Under the pieces are notes generated by a model. That model saw only the letters and a program-made list of their open reading frames with translations, searched no databases and was not told the DNA's origin. DNA of 64,000 bases from positions 765 through 64,764 of the forward strand of contig PSPW01000001.1 of NCBI GenBank assembly GCA_004195615.1. Direction: 5' to 3'. The number at the start of each line of letters is the position of its first letter. The stretch's first letter is position 1. A program made the position numbers and the translations under genes. The DNA is from Methanobacteriota archaeon. Lineage in GTDB: Archaea > Thermoplasmatota > Poseidoniia > Poseidoniales > Thalassarchaeaceae. Positions 1 to 9,024 of this stretch are shown here, piece by piece.

Positions 1-1883
1 TGCTCGTATGTCCTGAGGATGATTCCGACGGCCAGCAGTAGACCAGTCCCGGTAGCGTTACCCACCGTTCCGAGAAGATCGGCCCCCGCGGCCAAGAGTC
101 CCACGAAGGCACCGGAGAACAGGGTGACGGGTGGAATGTATCGTTCCAGTATCCTCTCTAGGACCACTGGGTTCTTCCTGAAACCGGGAATCTGCATTCC
201 GGTCCTCTCGATCTGCTTCGCCACGTCCTTGGCCCCCATGTTTGTGGTCTCAATCCAGAACTTCGCGAAGACCGTGGAACCCGCTGTCATGAAGAATACG
301 TATACGAACACGTGCATCATTATCTGTCCAAGTGAGTGTCCGTGGACGTCTCCCTGCTGTTCGAGTAGTGGAATCAACCAATCACCCACGCCGTTGATCA
401 TCGAGCTGTACCAGGCAAATCCGTCGTGCGGGGTGGTCGAACCCTCGTAGTAGGAGCCGAACCACTCTGATCGGCTGAAGGCCCCGTTGGAGCCCACGAT
501 CGGAACCGTGGAAAGGGTGGGATGGCTGTGGAATAGTAGCGTGAACATGTTGACGTTAGCCAGAAGGGCCGCCATCAGAATCACTGGGATGTTGCTGGCA
601 TAGACGAGTCTGATGGGGTACTGCCCCCTGTGACCTCGGACCTTCCCGTGTGTCAGAGGTAGCTCGAGCTTGCTTGACTCCGCGTAAGCGACGACCAGGA
701 ATACAAGGATCGATGACATCAGGGCGATGATCGGGTTTGCGTGCTCCAAGAGCATCATCTCGAAGCCGTTCTGACTGACTAATTGGGAGTTGCTTGCTGT
801 CCTGAGTGTGTAGAAAATCATCGGAAGGGTTCCCGAGGGGGGGTTGTCGAAGGACATTGGTTGCCCGGCCATGGTCGGCAGGGGTGAGAGGGTCCCGACG
901 AAGGTCGATTGGGCGACTCCAGCAGCGATGAAAAGCGAAATACCACTGCCTATTCCCCACTTGCTGACGAGCTCGTCCAGAAGGAAAACCAGTAGGGAGC
1001 CCAAGAAGAGTTGGACTACGATGACGGCGCCAGCCCACCCCTCTCCGTATTCAAGGATTAGTGATGGGGATGGGTCGAGGAACCCGTACACCTGTGGAAT
1101 TGACTCGATTGGAATCATGATAAGGACCAGGATCTTCTGCACCCCTTGGTACAGCTGCTTGTCCGCAGAGTCCTGGAGGTCTAGTTGGATTATCTTGGCT
1201 CCCGAGAATAGTTGCATTATGATCGAGCCGGTAACAATGGGGCCGATTCCCAGATGCATGATTGATCCTGATGCACCTGCCATGATGGCTCTGAAGGACG
1301 AGAAGACGTCTAGCGTCGTGTCCGAAAGACCATAGATCATCACATTGGTCATGATGAAGTAGATGATTAGGACCAGTGTGGTAGTCCAGAGCTTCTGATT
1401 GAATCTTACGTGTCCCTCTGGCTTGGAGATGCTTGGGTAGACGTCGACTAAGCGCTTCAGGCCGTAGAGCCTGCTGCCTCCGTCTCCGGAGTAGAGTAGG
1501 CACGATAGTGCCAGACCAACCGCCATACCGAAGAGCGCGACTCCGACGAGTAGAAATCCGAATGCTGCCTTGTCGACCCAACCCCAGTAAGAAAATGCAA
1601 GGACTATGGCCAACCAGGAGTAAGCCTTTGCGTACTTGCCAATTACTGGAATCTGGCTCACTTTTTCGGGTAGGTCGGCCATCGTGCCCCACAACACGAA
1701 GGCGATATATGGAATCGAAGTTGCAAGCAGAATCAGAGCCCAGCTCTGTTGTTCTCCACCTGCAGAGAATGGGTTTAGTGACCAAACTAGGTTCAGCTCA
1801 TCCTTTAGCCAGTAGTAGAGAGCCCCCCAGTACATCGCACACATGGCGATGACGCCGAACCAATTCGGACCCCTATTTACCAT
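1..1883 (-). CDS. secY: Preprotein translocase subunit SecY (C-terminal end runs off the window), with about 138 aa of extra hydrophobic N-terminus
   Basis: Absent from the ORF track because it has no stop inside the window. Hand translation from ATG 1883 stays open to position 1. It gives VDVYPSISKPEGHVRFNQKLWTTTLVLIIYFIMTNV, GIGPIVTGSIIMQLF, LDELVSKWGIGSGISLFIAAGV, YPIRLVYASNIPVILMAAL and RYIPPVTLFSGAFVGLLA, all classic SecY segments. It lies directly downstream of uL15. Confidence 0.9.
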   Translation of the reverse strand, partial: MVNRGPNWFGVIAMCAMYWGALYYWLKDELNLVWSLNPFSAGGEQQSWALILLATSIPYIAFVLWGTMADLPEKVSQIPVIGKYAKAYSWLAIVLAFSYWGWVDKAAFGFLLVGVALFGMAVGLALSCLLYSGDGGSRLYGLKRLVDVYPSISKPEGHVRFNQKLWTTTLVLIIYFIMTNVMIYGLSDTTLDVFSSFRAIMAGASGSIMHLGIGPIVTGSIIMQLFSGAKIIQLDLQDSADKQLYQGVQKILVLIMIPIESIPQVYGFLDPSPSLILEYGEGWAGAVIVVQLFLGSLLVFLLDELVSKWGIGSGISLFIAAGVAQSTFVGTLSPLPTMAGQPMSFDNPPSGTLPMIFYTLRTASNSQLVSQNGFEMMLLEHANPIIALMSSILVFLVVAYAESSKLELPLTHGKVRGHRGQYPIRLVYASNIPVILMAALLANVNMFTLLFHSHPTLSTVPIVGSNGAFSRSEWFGSYYEGSTTPHDGFAWYSSMINGVGDWLIPLLEQQGDVHGHSLGQIMMHVFVYVFFMTAGSTVFAKFWIETTNMGAKDVAKQIERTGMQIPGFRKNPVVLERILERYIPPVTLFSGAFVGLLAAGADLLGTVGNATGTGLLLAVGIILRTYE

Positions 1884-1906
1884 CCTCTAGCCTCCAATGG
1901 GAGAAG

Positions 1907-2326
1907 CTACTCGTCTTCCCACTCACCTCGATCTTCGCCTTCGCCAACCTCGATTGATCCTCCGGCTGCCTCAACTTTCTGGACAGCCTTGGCGCTTGCC
2001 TCACTGATCGTGATGGATAGGGGCCTGTCAATGCTGCCCCGTCCCAGAAGCTTGTCAAATCCCATCTCAGTGAGGTTGATTGAATCGCCGTCAGCGATCT
2101 CTGCTACCTGTCCGAGGTTGATTGAGGAGTTCACGACCCTTAGTCCGGGATGGCGGTTGAATCCATGCATCCCCCAGTGTCCCGGCATGTACTTCAGACG
2201 GGTCATCACCTTGTGCTTGTTCAGACCTGCGTTCCCTCTGCCGCCTCTCTTACCGGCACCTCTGCCAGCCTTCTTGCCGCGGCCGTGGTATCGGCTTCCT
2301 CTGAATTTGTTTGTTCTTGAAACCAT
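1907..2326 (-). CDS. rpl15: 50S ribosomal protein uL15
   Basis: ORF track. Gly/Arg/Lys-rich N-terminus RGSRYHGRGKKAGRGAGKRGGRGNAG. Sits between uL30 and SecY. Confidence 0.95.
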   Translation of the reverse strand: MVSRTNKFRGSRYHGRGKKAGRGAGKRGGRGNAGLNKHKVMTRLKYMPGHWGMHGFNRHPGLRVVNSSINLGQVAEIADGDSINLTEMGFDKLLGRGSIDRPLSITISEASAKAVQKVEAAGGSIEVGEGEDRGEWEDE

Positions 2327-2335
2327 GTTATCGCC

Positions 2336-2806
2336 TCAGTACATTCTTGCTGCTAGTTCGCCTATGTCGTCCCCGCGGAAGCCCAGTGCTCCGCCCACCG
2401 AGTATGCTCGTTTGATTCCACCCCATCCTTTCGAACCTCTTGGAGGATGTAGCCTGAAAACGGGCTTCATCCCCTCGACGTTCTTGGTGGTGGTTTCGCC
2501 AGAGGCGATGGCCTTCGAGAGTGACTTGATCGTGGAGTGCTCGCTCGCTGACTTAATCTCGGTATCAGTAACGTGCTTGTCTCCGACCATCCTGCCCCGC
2601 TCCTTGATCAGAGTGCTAATCGTATCTGCATCGACTTCACCCCACGTGACGTAGTCCTTGACCTTCTGCAGCATTCCGTCGTAGGATGCTGTCTTGGGTA
2701 CGAGGACTGCGTGGTTGACTCGAGTTAGGTTGAGCATTGCCATTGTGTCGCGGATCTTCTTTGTGACTCCCCGGTCACTGCGGGCTCTGATTACTAGGTA
2801 TGTCAT
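2336..2806 (-). CDS. rpl30: 50S ribosomal protein uL30
   Basis: ORF track, MTYLVIRARSDRGVTKKIRDTMAMLNLTRVNHAVLV. ATGA overlap with the uS5 stop. Confidence 0.93.
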   Translation of the reverse strand: MTYLVIRARSDRGVTKKIRDTMAMLNLTRVNHAVLVPKTASYDGMLQKVKDYVTWGEVDADTISTLIKERGRMVGDKHVTDTEIKSASEHSTIKSLSKAIASGETTTKNVEGMKPVFRLHPPRGSKGWGGIKRAYSVGGALGFRGDDIGELAARMY

Positions 2807-3567
2807 GCGTTTCTCCTCCCGATGGTGATGTGGAGCCTCTCTCGAACCTGGTCGTTGATCTTGGCGCGGCCAAGTACCTCAAGGGCGTTGAAGGTGGCCT
2901 TCGCGAAGTTGATTGTAGAACGAGTCTGCCCCGATGAGCGTGACCACACGTCTGCCACTCCCGCGAGTGTCAGAACCCTTCTTCCGTAATCGCCAATGAC
3001 CAGCCCCTTGCCTGATGGGGCTGGGAGTAGGGTCACCCTGGTGGATCCTGAGCGCCCTGTTGCCTTGAATGGGATGCTGTTTCCGGGACCCTCGGCGGAT
3101 TCCCAAGAGCCGTTGCCTCTGTACACTGGTATCAGGTTGAGTTTTGCCTGTGAAATTGCCTTCTGGATGGTGCTGGCCACCTCCTTGCCCTTGCAGATTG
3201 ATAGCCCGACGTATCCATCGCCGTTTCCTACTGCGCATAGTACGTTGAACCTCACACGTCGGCCCGAGTCGGTCATCCTCTGAATCATGTTGACACTAAG
3301 GACGTCGTCGTCCATCTCAGGGAGTAAGGCGTCGACTATCTCGACCTCTCTGATTGGGTATCCTGTTAAGAGGGCCTGCTCGTAGGTCAGTATCTCGCCG
3401 TTCATGACCATACGCCCCAGTCTAGTCCTAGGAGTCCAGTTCCTCAGAGCAGTTAGAGGGTCGGGGCCACGGCGCCTCGGAGCGTCTTCGTCCACTGGTA
3501 CTAGGGCCATTGCGAGGCCAGGGGCTATTTGCGTGACTTTCTCTTCTACATTAGGCTCCTCGGTCAT
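2803..3567 (-). CDS. rps5: 30S ribosomal protein uS5
   Basis: Internal ATG at 3567 of the 380-aa track ORF. It overlaps the uL18 stop by 1 nt, and the upstream part of the long ORF overlaps uL18 out of frame. Motifs: RVRFNVLCAVGNGDGYVGLSICKGKEV. Confidence 0.93.
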   Translation of the reverse strand: MTEEPNVEEKVTQIAPGLAMALVPVDEDAPRRRGPDPLTALRNWTPRTRLGRMVMNGEILTYEQALLTGYPIREVEIVDALLPEMDDDVLSVNMIQRMTDSGRRVRFNVLCAVGNGDGYVGLSICKGKEVASTIQKAISQAKLNLIPVYRGNGSWESAEGPGNSIPFKATGRSGSTRVTLLPAPSGKGLVIGDYGRRVLTLAGVADVWSRSSGQTRSTINFAKATFNALEVLGRAKINDQVRERLHITIGRRNA

Positions 3568-4082
3568 CACTTGCCACCTCCTATCGACTTCTTTGTTGCA
3601 GTCACTGCCTTGGAAATGCTCTCTCCGATGTGCTCTCCGTTGATTCTGTCGTCGGAGGGCAGTACATCTTCTGAATGTGGGATTTTCAATCCTGCTTCGA
3701 TCATTCCCCTCAGAGCCGCATAAGTTCTGTTGCCTGATGAGGATGCTGCCAGTCCGATGTCCAGGATGGCCTCTGAGTGCCCATTGGAGAGAGCTGACTT
3801 CGCCATTGCGTATCCTGCTAGGTAGCAGGCCGGCACTGACTTCCTTGATGCGTCGGTAGGCCACTTGTGTGAGTCCACCAGGGACTTTCCTGTGACTGAC
3901 TCGAGAACCCTGTCGCCATCTAGCTCGTAGGCCACTAGCTGGCAAGTCACTTGCGTGTTTGAGACTCTAACGACTGCTCTTGGAGACCCACCGCGAAGCA
4001 TCCGTGATCTGCGATGGTAGTCAGTCTCAGCGTTTCTCCGTCTCTTGAATCTAAGTCTTTGGTTTCTTCCCTTTGCCATCAC
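3567..4082 (-). CDS. rpl18: 50S ribosomal protein uL18
   Basis: ORF track, MAKGRNQRLRFKRRRNAETDYHRRSRML..AVVRVSNTQVTCQLV. Confidence 0.93.
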   Translation of the reverse strand: MMAKGRNQRLRFKRRRNAETDYHRRSRMLRGGSPRAVVRVSNTQVTCQLVAYELDGDRVLESVTGKSLVDSHKWPTDASRKSVPACYLAGYAMAKSALSNGHSEAILDIGLAASSSGNRTYAALRGMIEAGLKIPHSEDVLPSDDRINGEHIGESISKAVTATKKSIGGGK

Positions 4083-4555
4083 TCATCACCTCCTAGCGAT
4101 ATCCCATCCAGTTCGATGTTGCTCCTGAGGTGGGAAATGGAACGATAAGAGCCGCCCTTCGCCTTGCGGTAGAAGTACCGGTATTGTGAAGGTGTGATCG
4201 CTCCCCTCTCCCTGAGCTCCTTTAGCGTCCTTCTCTGGGACCTAATCTTAGACATCCACCTCTGCTTTCGAGGGGTTCGTGAATTCGCGCTACCGCTGCG
4301 GGAGCCATGCCCTTTTCTCCTTCCCTTGGACTTCTGGAATGCAGATTTTCGGGCTCTTGACCGGCTTGTCCCCTTGATTGGTTTGGCCTTGATTATTCCG
4401 TCCTCTATGAGGTTCCTGACGTCGTCCCTCTGGACTGCATCAGCGACTTCGCTCAAGTAGTCTGGATTGACCCAGATTCTGTGGATCCCCACTGGCTTTC
4501 CCTCCTTTCTGGAGATGATCTCAGATGCCATCCTCTTCTGATTTGAGATAAACAT
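4079..4555 (-). CDS. rpl19e: 50S ribosomal protein eL19
   Basis: ORF track, RIWVNPDYLSEVADAVQRDDVRNLIEDGIIKAKP plus a basic tail. Confidence 0.93.
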   Translation of the reverse strand: MFISNQKRMASEIISRKEGKPVGIHRIWVNPDYLSEVADAVQRDDVRNLIEDGIIKAKPIKGTSRSRARKSAFQKSKGRRKGHGSRSGSANSRTPRKQRWMSKIRSQRRTLKELRERGAITPSQYRYFYRKAKGGSYRSISHLRSNIELDGISLGGDE

Positions 4556-5256
4556 CAGAGATCACCTCTCTTGTCTATCTGGCGTCGGTTTAGGACCCTC
4601 AGCCCCAACTCGTCAGCCCTGTTGTGGATTCGTGATCTCTTCCTGTTGCCAACGCTGGATCCGATTCTTACTGCCTGTCTCTCCGGGTCGAGGCCATCTA
4701 GGTGGTCTGACTTGTGAACGAGGACTTCCTCGAATCCAGACGGGTGAAGTCCCCTAGCGGCTGCGACCTTGCCATATCCGACGCGAGCCATTGGTGAGCG
4801 ATACTTCCTATTCTTCCGCATGCTCGAGTCATCTCCCTTTGGCTTCCTGTAACCGGTCTTGGATAGTCGCCCGTACCTGAACCACTCTTGCCTGCGGAAT
4901 TTGGGTTGCTTCTTGCTCTGCTCCGAACGCATCTTGAGTGCTGACTTCGTGGATTCGTCCAGGACTGGCTTCTGCCTTGCCGTGTGAATTTCATCCCACT
5001 CTTCGAAGTCACCCTCCTCTTCGAAGTCACCCTCCTCTTCGTAATCTTCTTCATCATCTGGAGAATCATCTGCTGGGCTTACCTGCTCCACTTGTGGCTC
5101 CTCTTGGACCGTCTCCTCGGGAGGTTCCTCTGGGACCTCTTCGCCCTCACTGAGTCTTGCGATTAGATCTGCCTTCTTTCCAGAGACAGGGAGACCTCTC
5201 TCCCTGAGTAGTTCCTTCAACTCATTCACTGTCAGATTTTCGTATGCCATTCTCAT
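4555..5256 (-). CDS. rpl32e: 50S ribosomal protein eL32 with N-terminal SAP-like motif and acidic linker
   Basis: The C-terminal 130 aa carry the eL32 core (KFRRQEWFRYGRLSKTGYRKPKGDDSSMR..HPSGFEEVLVH). The N-terminus LTVNELKELLRERGLPVSGKKADLIARL looks like a SAP motif. Confidence 0.9.
   Translation of the reverse strand: MRMAYENLTVNELKELLRERGLPVSGKKADLIARLSEGEEVPEEPPEETVQEEPQVEQVSPADDSPDDEEDYEEEGDFEEEGDFEEWDEIHTARQKPVLDESTKSALKMRSEQSKKQPKFRRQEWFRYGRLSKTGYRKPKGDDSSMRKNRKYRSPMARVGYGKVAAARGLHPSGFEEVLVHKSDHLDGLDPERQAVRIGSSVGNRKRSRIHNRADELGLRVLNRRQIDKRGDL
5001..5041. repeat. Tandem 18-nt repeat (cttcgaagtcaccctcct x2 plus a partial copy) inside rpl32e
   Basis: Read directly from the DNA. It encodes the EEEGDFEEEGDFEE acidic repeat. 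Confidence 0.9.
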
Positions 5257-5804
5257 GCCCCCTTGGAAGTGATGTATACCCCGTCCTGGAATACCCTTGG
5301 ATCTCTCTTCTTGACCTTGCAGGCCTTCTCGATGTTGGCCGCCGACTGACCCACCTTTTCTCTGTCAGACCCTGTGATTATGACATCCGATTTGCCCTCA
5401 ATCTTGACTTGGACCTCGGACGGTGACCAAGGTAGCTTTGCCACCCTAGGGACCTTCTCGCCAAGCATATTGGTGATGGTGAACTTGTTTCCATCGACCT
5501 TGAGCGTCATCGGGAAGTGGCTGAATACTGCCTTGAGTCTGTACTCGAATCCCTCATCGAGGCCCTTGACCATGTTGCGGAGATGGGCTGCCCATGTTCC
5601 CGCTATCGCCTTCTCAGACCTCCGAGGTAGTTTGCAGTGCACCTCGATACTATCATCCAACTGCCTCACGGAGACGCTGTTGTGGGTGAATTCTCTGGAA
5701 AGGCTGTTGCCGTCCTTGGTGAGTGTCACGGCATTTCCATCCATGCTTGCACCCATTCCATCGGGCAGTGAGATTTGGTGAGATACGTTGGCTACTCTTG
5801 GCAT
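5253..5804 (-). CDS. rpl6: 50S ribosomal protein uL6
   Basis: ORF track, operon position and the typical two-domain uL6 sequence. Confidence 0.95.
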   Translation of the reverse strand: MPRVANVSHQISLPDGMGASMDGNAVTLTKDGNSLSREFTHNSVSVRQLDDSIEVHCKLPRRSEKAIAGTWAAHLRNMVKGLDEGFEYRLKAVFSHFPMTLKVDGNKFTITNMLGEKVPRVAKLPWSPSEVQVKIEGKSDVIITGSDREKVGQSAANIEKACKVKKRDPRVFQDGVYITSKGA

Positions 5805-5816
5805 TCTTAATCCTCC

Positions 5817-6206
5817 CTAGAAAACATATGCGAGCAGCCTTCCGCCCACCCTCTCCTTCTTTGCTTCTGAGTGATCCATTATCCCCTGGTTGGTAGTCAG
5901 GATAAGGAGGCCGAAGTCTCTTGCAGGGAGGTATCTGGACTCCCACTTGTCGAAATCCAACCTCTTTACTGAATGTCTTGGCTTGATGACTCCACACTTG
6001 TTGATTGCTCCGATAAGGGAGACTCGGAAGGCCCCTCCTCTACCGTCATCTAGCTTCTCAAACTCTCCGAGGTATCCAGAGGTCTTCATTATGGAAAGCA
6101 TGCTACCAAGGAGCTTGCTAGCGGGTCGCACCGTAACCTCGTACTTCCCTGCGCTCTCTGCGTTGTATATCGTCGTGAAGGCATCATTCAATGTGTCAAA
6201 CTGCAT
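5817..6206 (-). CDS. rps8: 30S ribosomal protein uS8
   Basis: ORF track, MQFDTLNDAFTTIYNAESAGK...GGRLLAYVF. Confidence 0.95.
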   Translation of the reverse strand: MQFDTLNDAFTTIYNAESAGKYEVTVRPASKLLGSMLSIMKTSGYLGEFEKLDDGRGGAFRVSLIGAINKCGVIKPRHSVKRLDFDKWESRYLPARDFGLLILTTNQGIMDHSEAKKERVGGRLLAYVF

Positions 6207-6217
6207 CTTTCATCACC

Positions 6218-6370
6218 TCATGAGTATTTCTTGAATCCTATTTCCGGCGCCACATCTCGGAAGCACTGTCGGCAAAGCCTCAGGCCGTGTCTTCGAATCA
6301 TCCCTCTCTTGCGACCGCAACGCCTGCAACCCGAGCTTCTTCCAATCCTCTCTCCATGATCGCGTGCCAT
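6218..6370 (-). CDS. rps14: 30S ribosomal protein uS14 (zinc-ribbon type, 50 aa)
   Basis: Too short for the ORF track. Hand translation gives [50 protein letters not shown] with CxxC...CxxC. It sits between uL5 and uS8. Confidence 0.88.
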   Translation of the reverse strand: MARDHGERIGRSSGCRRCGRKRGMIRRHGLRLCRQCFRDVAPEIGFKKYS

Positions 6371-6371
6371 A

Positions 6372-6902
6372 CTATTGCTCCTCCACAATTTTCAGATCGA
6401 ACTTACCGGTGAACCATTCTTTGGACTCGTCTCGTCCGACTCTATGAGGGACAGAAACCTTCGACTTCCTCCTCCTTCTCCTAGAAACTCTATGACCTGG
6501 CCTCTCAAGAACGACGTTCACGTCCATCCCGAAGATTCCAATGTCGGGATCGTACTTCTGATCGGGGAAGTCCGTGTAGTCGGATATGCCGAATGAAAGA
6601 TTACCAGAGATGTCGAAGTTGTATGCTGGCAGGGTGTGGTCACGAACCCAGAATGCGTCCTTGAGGAACGACTCGACCTTCTCCGAGCCGCGTATCGTTA
6701 CCTTGCATCCTATTGGTGCACCCTTCCTTGTTCCGAGGTCCCTGTTTGTCTTGGTGGAGAGTGTCCTTGATGGAGTCATTCCGGTTAGAACTTCCAGAAC
6801 TCGCTCGGCCAACTGGAGACGCCTCCCGCCCTCTCCGACACCGATGTTCACTGTCACCTTGGTGATTGAGGGGGAGAGCATTGGGTTCGATGCTTCACTC
6901 AT
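6372..6902 (-). CDS. rpl5: 50S ribosomal protein uL5
   Basis: ORF track, [21 protein letters not shown]. Confidence 0.95.
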   Translation of the reverse strand: MSEASNPMLSPSITKVTVNIGVGEGGRRLQLAERVLEVLTGMTPSRTLSTKTNRDLGTRKGAPIGCKVTIRGSEKVESFLKDAFWVRDHTLPAYNFDISGNLSFGISDYTDFPDQKYDPDIGIFGMDVNVVLERPGHRVSRRRRRKSKVSVPHRVGRDESKEWFTGKFDLKIVEEQ

Positions 6903-7597
6903 GACTCAGCCTCCAGTGGTATATCGGTCTCCTTTCCGATGATGAAAACGTAGTCGGTAATCGTCCCGAATTCCTCGAATATTGTCTCGTTTGGCTTCGA
7001 GGATCTCTTGACGTCTTGATCCTTGATTACGGAGGTCTCGCCGATGTGGCTCCCTCCAGTCAGGTATGCCTTTGCACCCTTCTTCATCTTGATGTGGGAG
7101 GAAACTTCCTGACTCGGCAGGGAGATCACTAGAGAGTCCCCTGTCTTGTAGTCGGGAGACTTGTCCATGAGCATGTTCCGTCCATCGTGCAGGTGGACCT
7201 GCGTCTTGCCGCCCTTGACAGTGGTCTTCCCCATGACCCTGCAGATCTTGCTTCCTGTAGCCTTCTTTGAGATTGACCTGTATCGTAGCTTTCCGTTGGT
7301 GTCAAGGATGCATCGGTAATTCTCTTCGCCGACTGTCAGAACGTCCATCAGACCCACTCCACGAGCCCTGTCAGTCTCCACCTTTCCATCGACCATGACG
7401 CTTTGAGAGTGGAGTATTCTCTTCGCCTCCCTCATGTTGTGAGCCACTCCTAGGACATCTCTGAGGATGATTCCAAGTGGCATGCACATCTCAATCTGGT
7501 GACCACCCGGGTTTGGCTTCTGTGCCCAGATGTTGGTCTTCCTAGTAAGAGGCCATGTCCTTGGCATGACGAGCCTCTTGTGGTGGCTTCTACTCAT
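6899..7597 (-). CDS. rps4e: 30S ribosomal protein eS4
   Basis: ORF track, HHKRLVMPRTWPLTRK. ATGA overlaps at both ends. Confidence 0.95.
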   Translation of the reverse strand: MSRSHHKRLVMPRTWPLTRKTNIWAQKPNPGGHQIEMCMPLGIILRDVLGVAHNMREAKRILHSQSVMVDGKVETDRARGVGLMDVLTVGEENYRCILDTNGKLRYRSISKKATGSKICRVMGKTTVKGGKTQVHLHDGRNMLMDKSPDYKTGDSLVISLPSQEVSSHIKMKKGAKAYLTGGSHIGETSVIKDQDVKRSSKPNETIFEEFGTITDYVFIIGKETDIPLEAES

Positions 7598-8040
7598 TCG
7601 GAGACACCTCCTGCGGATCTGTCAACGATCCTCTTGATTCGTACTGGGTCACCCTCGAACAGTTTTGTCACTATGACGTTTGATGGGTTGACGGGGACGG
7701 CTTCTTCCTTACCATCAGCCGTGGTCTGAGTCAGCCCATCGATGAAGATGAAACCTCTCTTTGTGTCGACGGATGCGACCTTGGCCTTCACGCCGGCCCT
7801 CCCCCTTGGCTGTCCGAGCCTCTTTCCTCTGGCGTCTGCCTTGACACTATTCGGATGGCTGAAGTCCCCTCTGATTACTTCGACCTCGTCCCCGACCCTG
7901 ATAGTCACTGATCGGACCTGCCTGAGGTCAGAATCATCGGAGATAAGCCGGGCTCGCATTCTCTTCCTCTTTACGTGAGTAGGCGCATCCCTCTGGGACA
8001 TTCTCTGCTTTCCTGCTTTCTTGCTATCCATTCTAATCAC
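7594..8040 (-). CDS. rpl24: 50S ribosomal protein uL24
   Basis: ORF track, KOW-like VRVGDEVEVIRGDF. Confidence 0.9.
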   Translation of the reverse strand: MIRMDSKKAGKQRMSQRDAPTHVKRKRMRARLISDDSDLRQVRSVTIRVGDEVEVIRGDFSHPNSVKADARGKRLGQPRGRAGVKAKVASVDTKRGFIFIDGLTQTTADGKEEAVPVNPSNVIVTKLFEGDPVRIKRIVDRSAGGVSE

Positions 8041-8439
8041 CTACACAATCTGTTTGGCCGTAGCCGCTATCCTTGGCCATCTCTCGGCCGCTTCCCTGCT
8101 GACGGGCCCCTTGATATCGGAACCCTGGACGTCTCCCTTCTCGTTTGTGATGACGCAGGCGTTGTCCTCGAACTGTACCCACGTTCCATCCACCCGTCTG
8201 AAGGGCCTAGATTGGCGTACTATCACTGCAGTGAATATCTGGCGTCGCGTCTCCGGGGTGCCTCGTCTGACTGTGACTCTAATCATGTCTCCAACCCCGG
8301 CTGATGGGTACCTTCTGGCCACCCCTCCCTTCTTCAGAACGGTGATCAGTTGCACTACCTTTGCGCCTGTGTTGTCGACGCATTCCAATCGTGCCTGGGT
8401 TGGCAGTGCGGATGTCACTCTGCCGGCAATTCCCTTCAT
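8041..8439 (-). CDS. rpl14: 50S ribosomal protein uL14
   Basis: Internal ATG at 8439, preceded by GGAGG and overlapping the uS17 stop (ATGA). MKGIAGRVTSALPTQARLECVDNTGAK. Confidence 0.95.
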   Translation of the reverse strand: MKGIAGRVTSALPTQARLECVDNTGAKVVQLITVLKKGGVARRYPSAGVGDMIRVTVRRGTPETRRQIFTAVIVRQSRPFRRVDGTWVQFEDNACVITNEKGDVQGSDIKGPVSREAAERWPRIAATAKQIV

Positions 8440-8768
8440 TCGCTCGCCTCCTTCTCTATTACACAGAATTTCACAGTCTTGGAAAGTGGCCTGCATTCCA
8501 TGATGCGAACTCTATCACCGGGGTTTAGATCGCCTATGCAGGTGGGCAGATGGACCGAATAGCGTCTGGTGCGCTTCTCGTACCTCTCAAACTTCTTCAT
8601 GTAGCGAGTAGCCTCCCTCTGCACTACAACTGTGTCTGTCATCCCCTGTGAAGAGACCACTCCGCTGATAATCTGTCCACGAAGCCTTAGGGTGCCGTAG
8701 AACGGACAGTTCTTGTTCCCGTCCCACTCTCCTTCGGGCTTCTTGACGTCTACACCTATGTCTCTCAT
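8436..8768 (-). CDS. rps17: 30S ribosomal protein uS17
   Basis: Internal ATG at 8768, just after the Rpp29 stop. NCPFYGTLRLRGQIISGVVSSQGMTDTVVV. Confidence 0.92.
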   Translation of the reverse strand: MRDIGVDVKKPEGEWDGNKNCPFYGTLRLRGQIISGVVSSQGMTDTVVVQREATRYMKKFERYEKRTRRYSVHLPTCIGDLNPGDRVRIMECRPLSKTVKFCVIEKEASE

Positions 8769-8769
8769 T

Positions 8770-9024
8770 TCAGGACCTCCTGTATGTCTTGCCGATTCTG
8801 TCCTCGGGCCTCTGACCGACGGCAGAGCCGTCGATCTCCTCGTCTTCGATGGTGAATTTGATTGTGTCCTTGGCCATGATGATGTCTTTGCTTCCGGCAT
8901 GGACTCGTATAGTGCGCCTGGTTTCGTCCATCACCATGCCTGACACGCCAACTAGGGTTGGATCAGTTGAATCGATTACCTCCAGAGTTCTGGAGAGCCA
9001 AGGGAGGTTGATCATCTGGCTCAT
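8770..9024 (-). CDS. rnp1: RNase P protein component 1 (Rpp29/Pop4 homolog)
   Basis: 84 aa. LVGVSGMVMDETRRTIRV resembles the Rpp29 barrel motif. It holds the conserved slot between SUI1 and uS17 in euryarchaeal operons. Confidence 0.75.
   Translation of the reverse strand: MSQMINLPWLSRTLEVIDSTDPTLVGVSGMVMDETRRTIRVHAGSKDIIMAKDTIKFTIEDEEIDGSAVGQRPEDRIGKTYRRS

Noticed and set aside
556-1785. Track ORFs 556-1038(-), 1051-1785(-), 844-1335(+) and 1433-1852(+) inside the SecY region
   Set aside because: They are Arg/Pro/Ser-rich off-frame translations. The third minus-strand frame gives an uninterrupted, textbook SecY sequence over the same DNA.
2803-3945. 380-aa extended version of the uS5 ORF, and similar 5'-extended ORFs for uL14 (to 8496), uS17 (to 8900) and uL3 (to 14373)
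   Set aside because: The extensions overlap the upstream r-protein genes out of frame and have atypical composition. The internal ATGs sit at ATGA overlaps or after GGAGG and give canonical N-termini.
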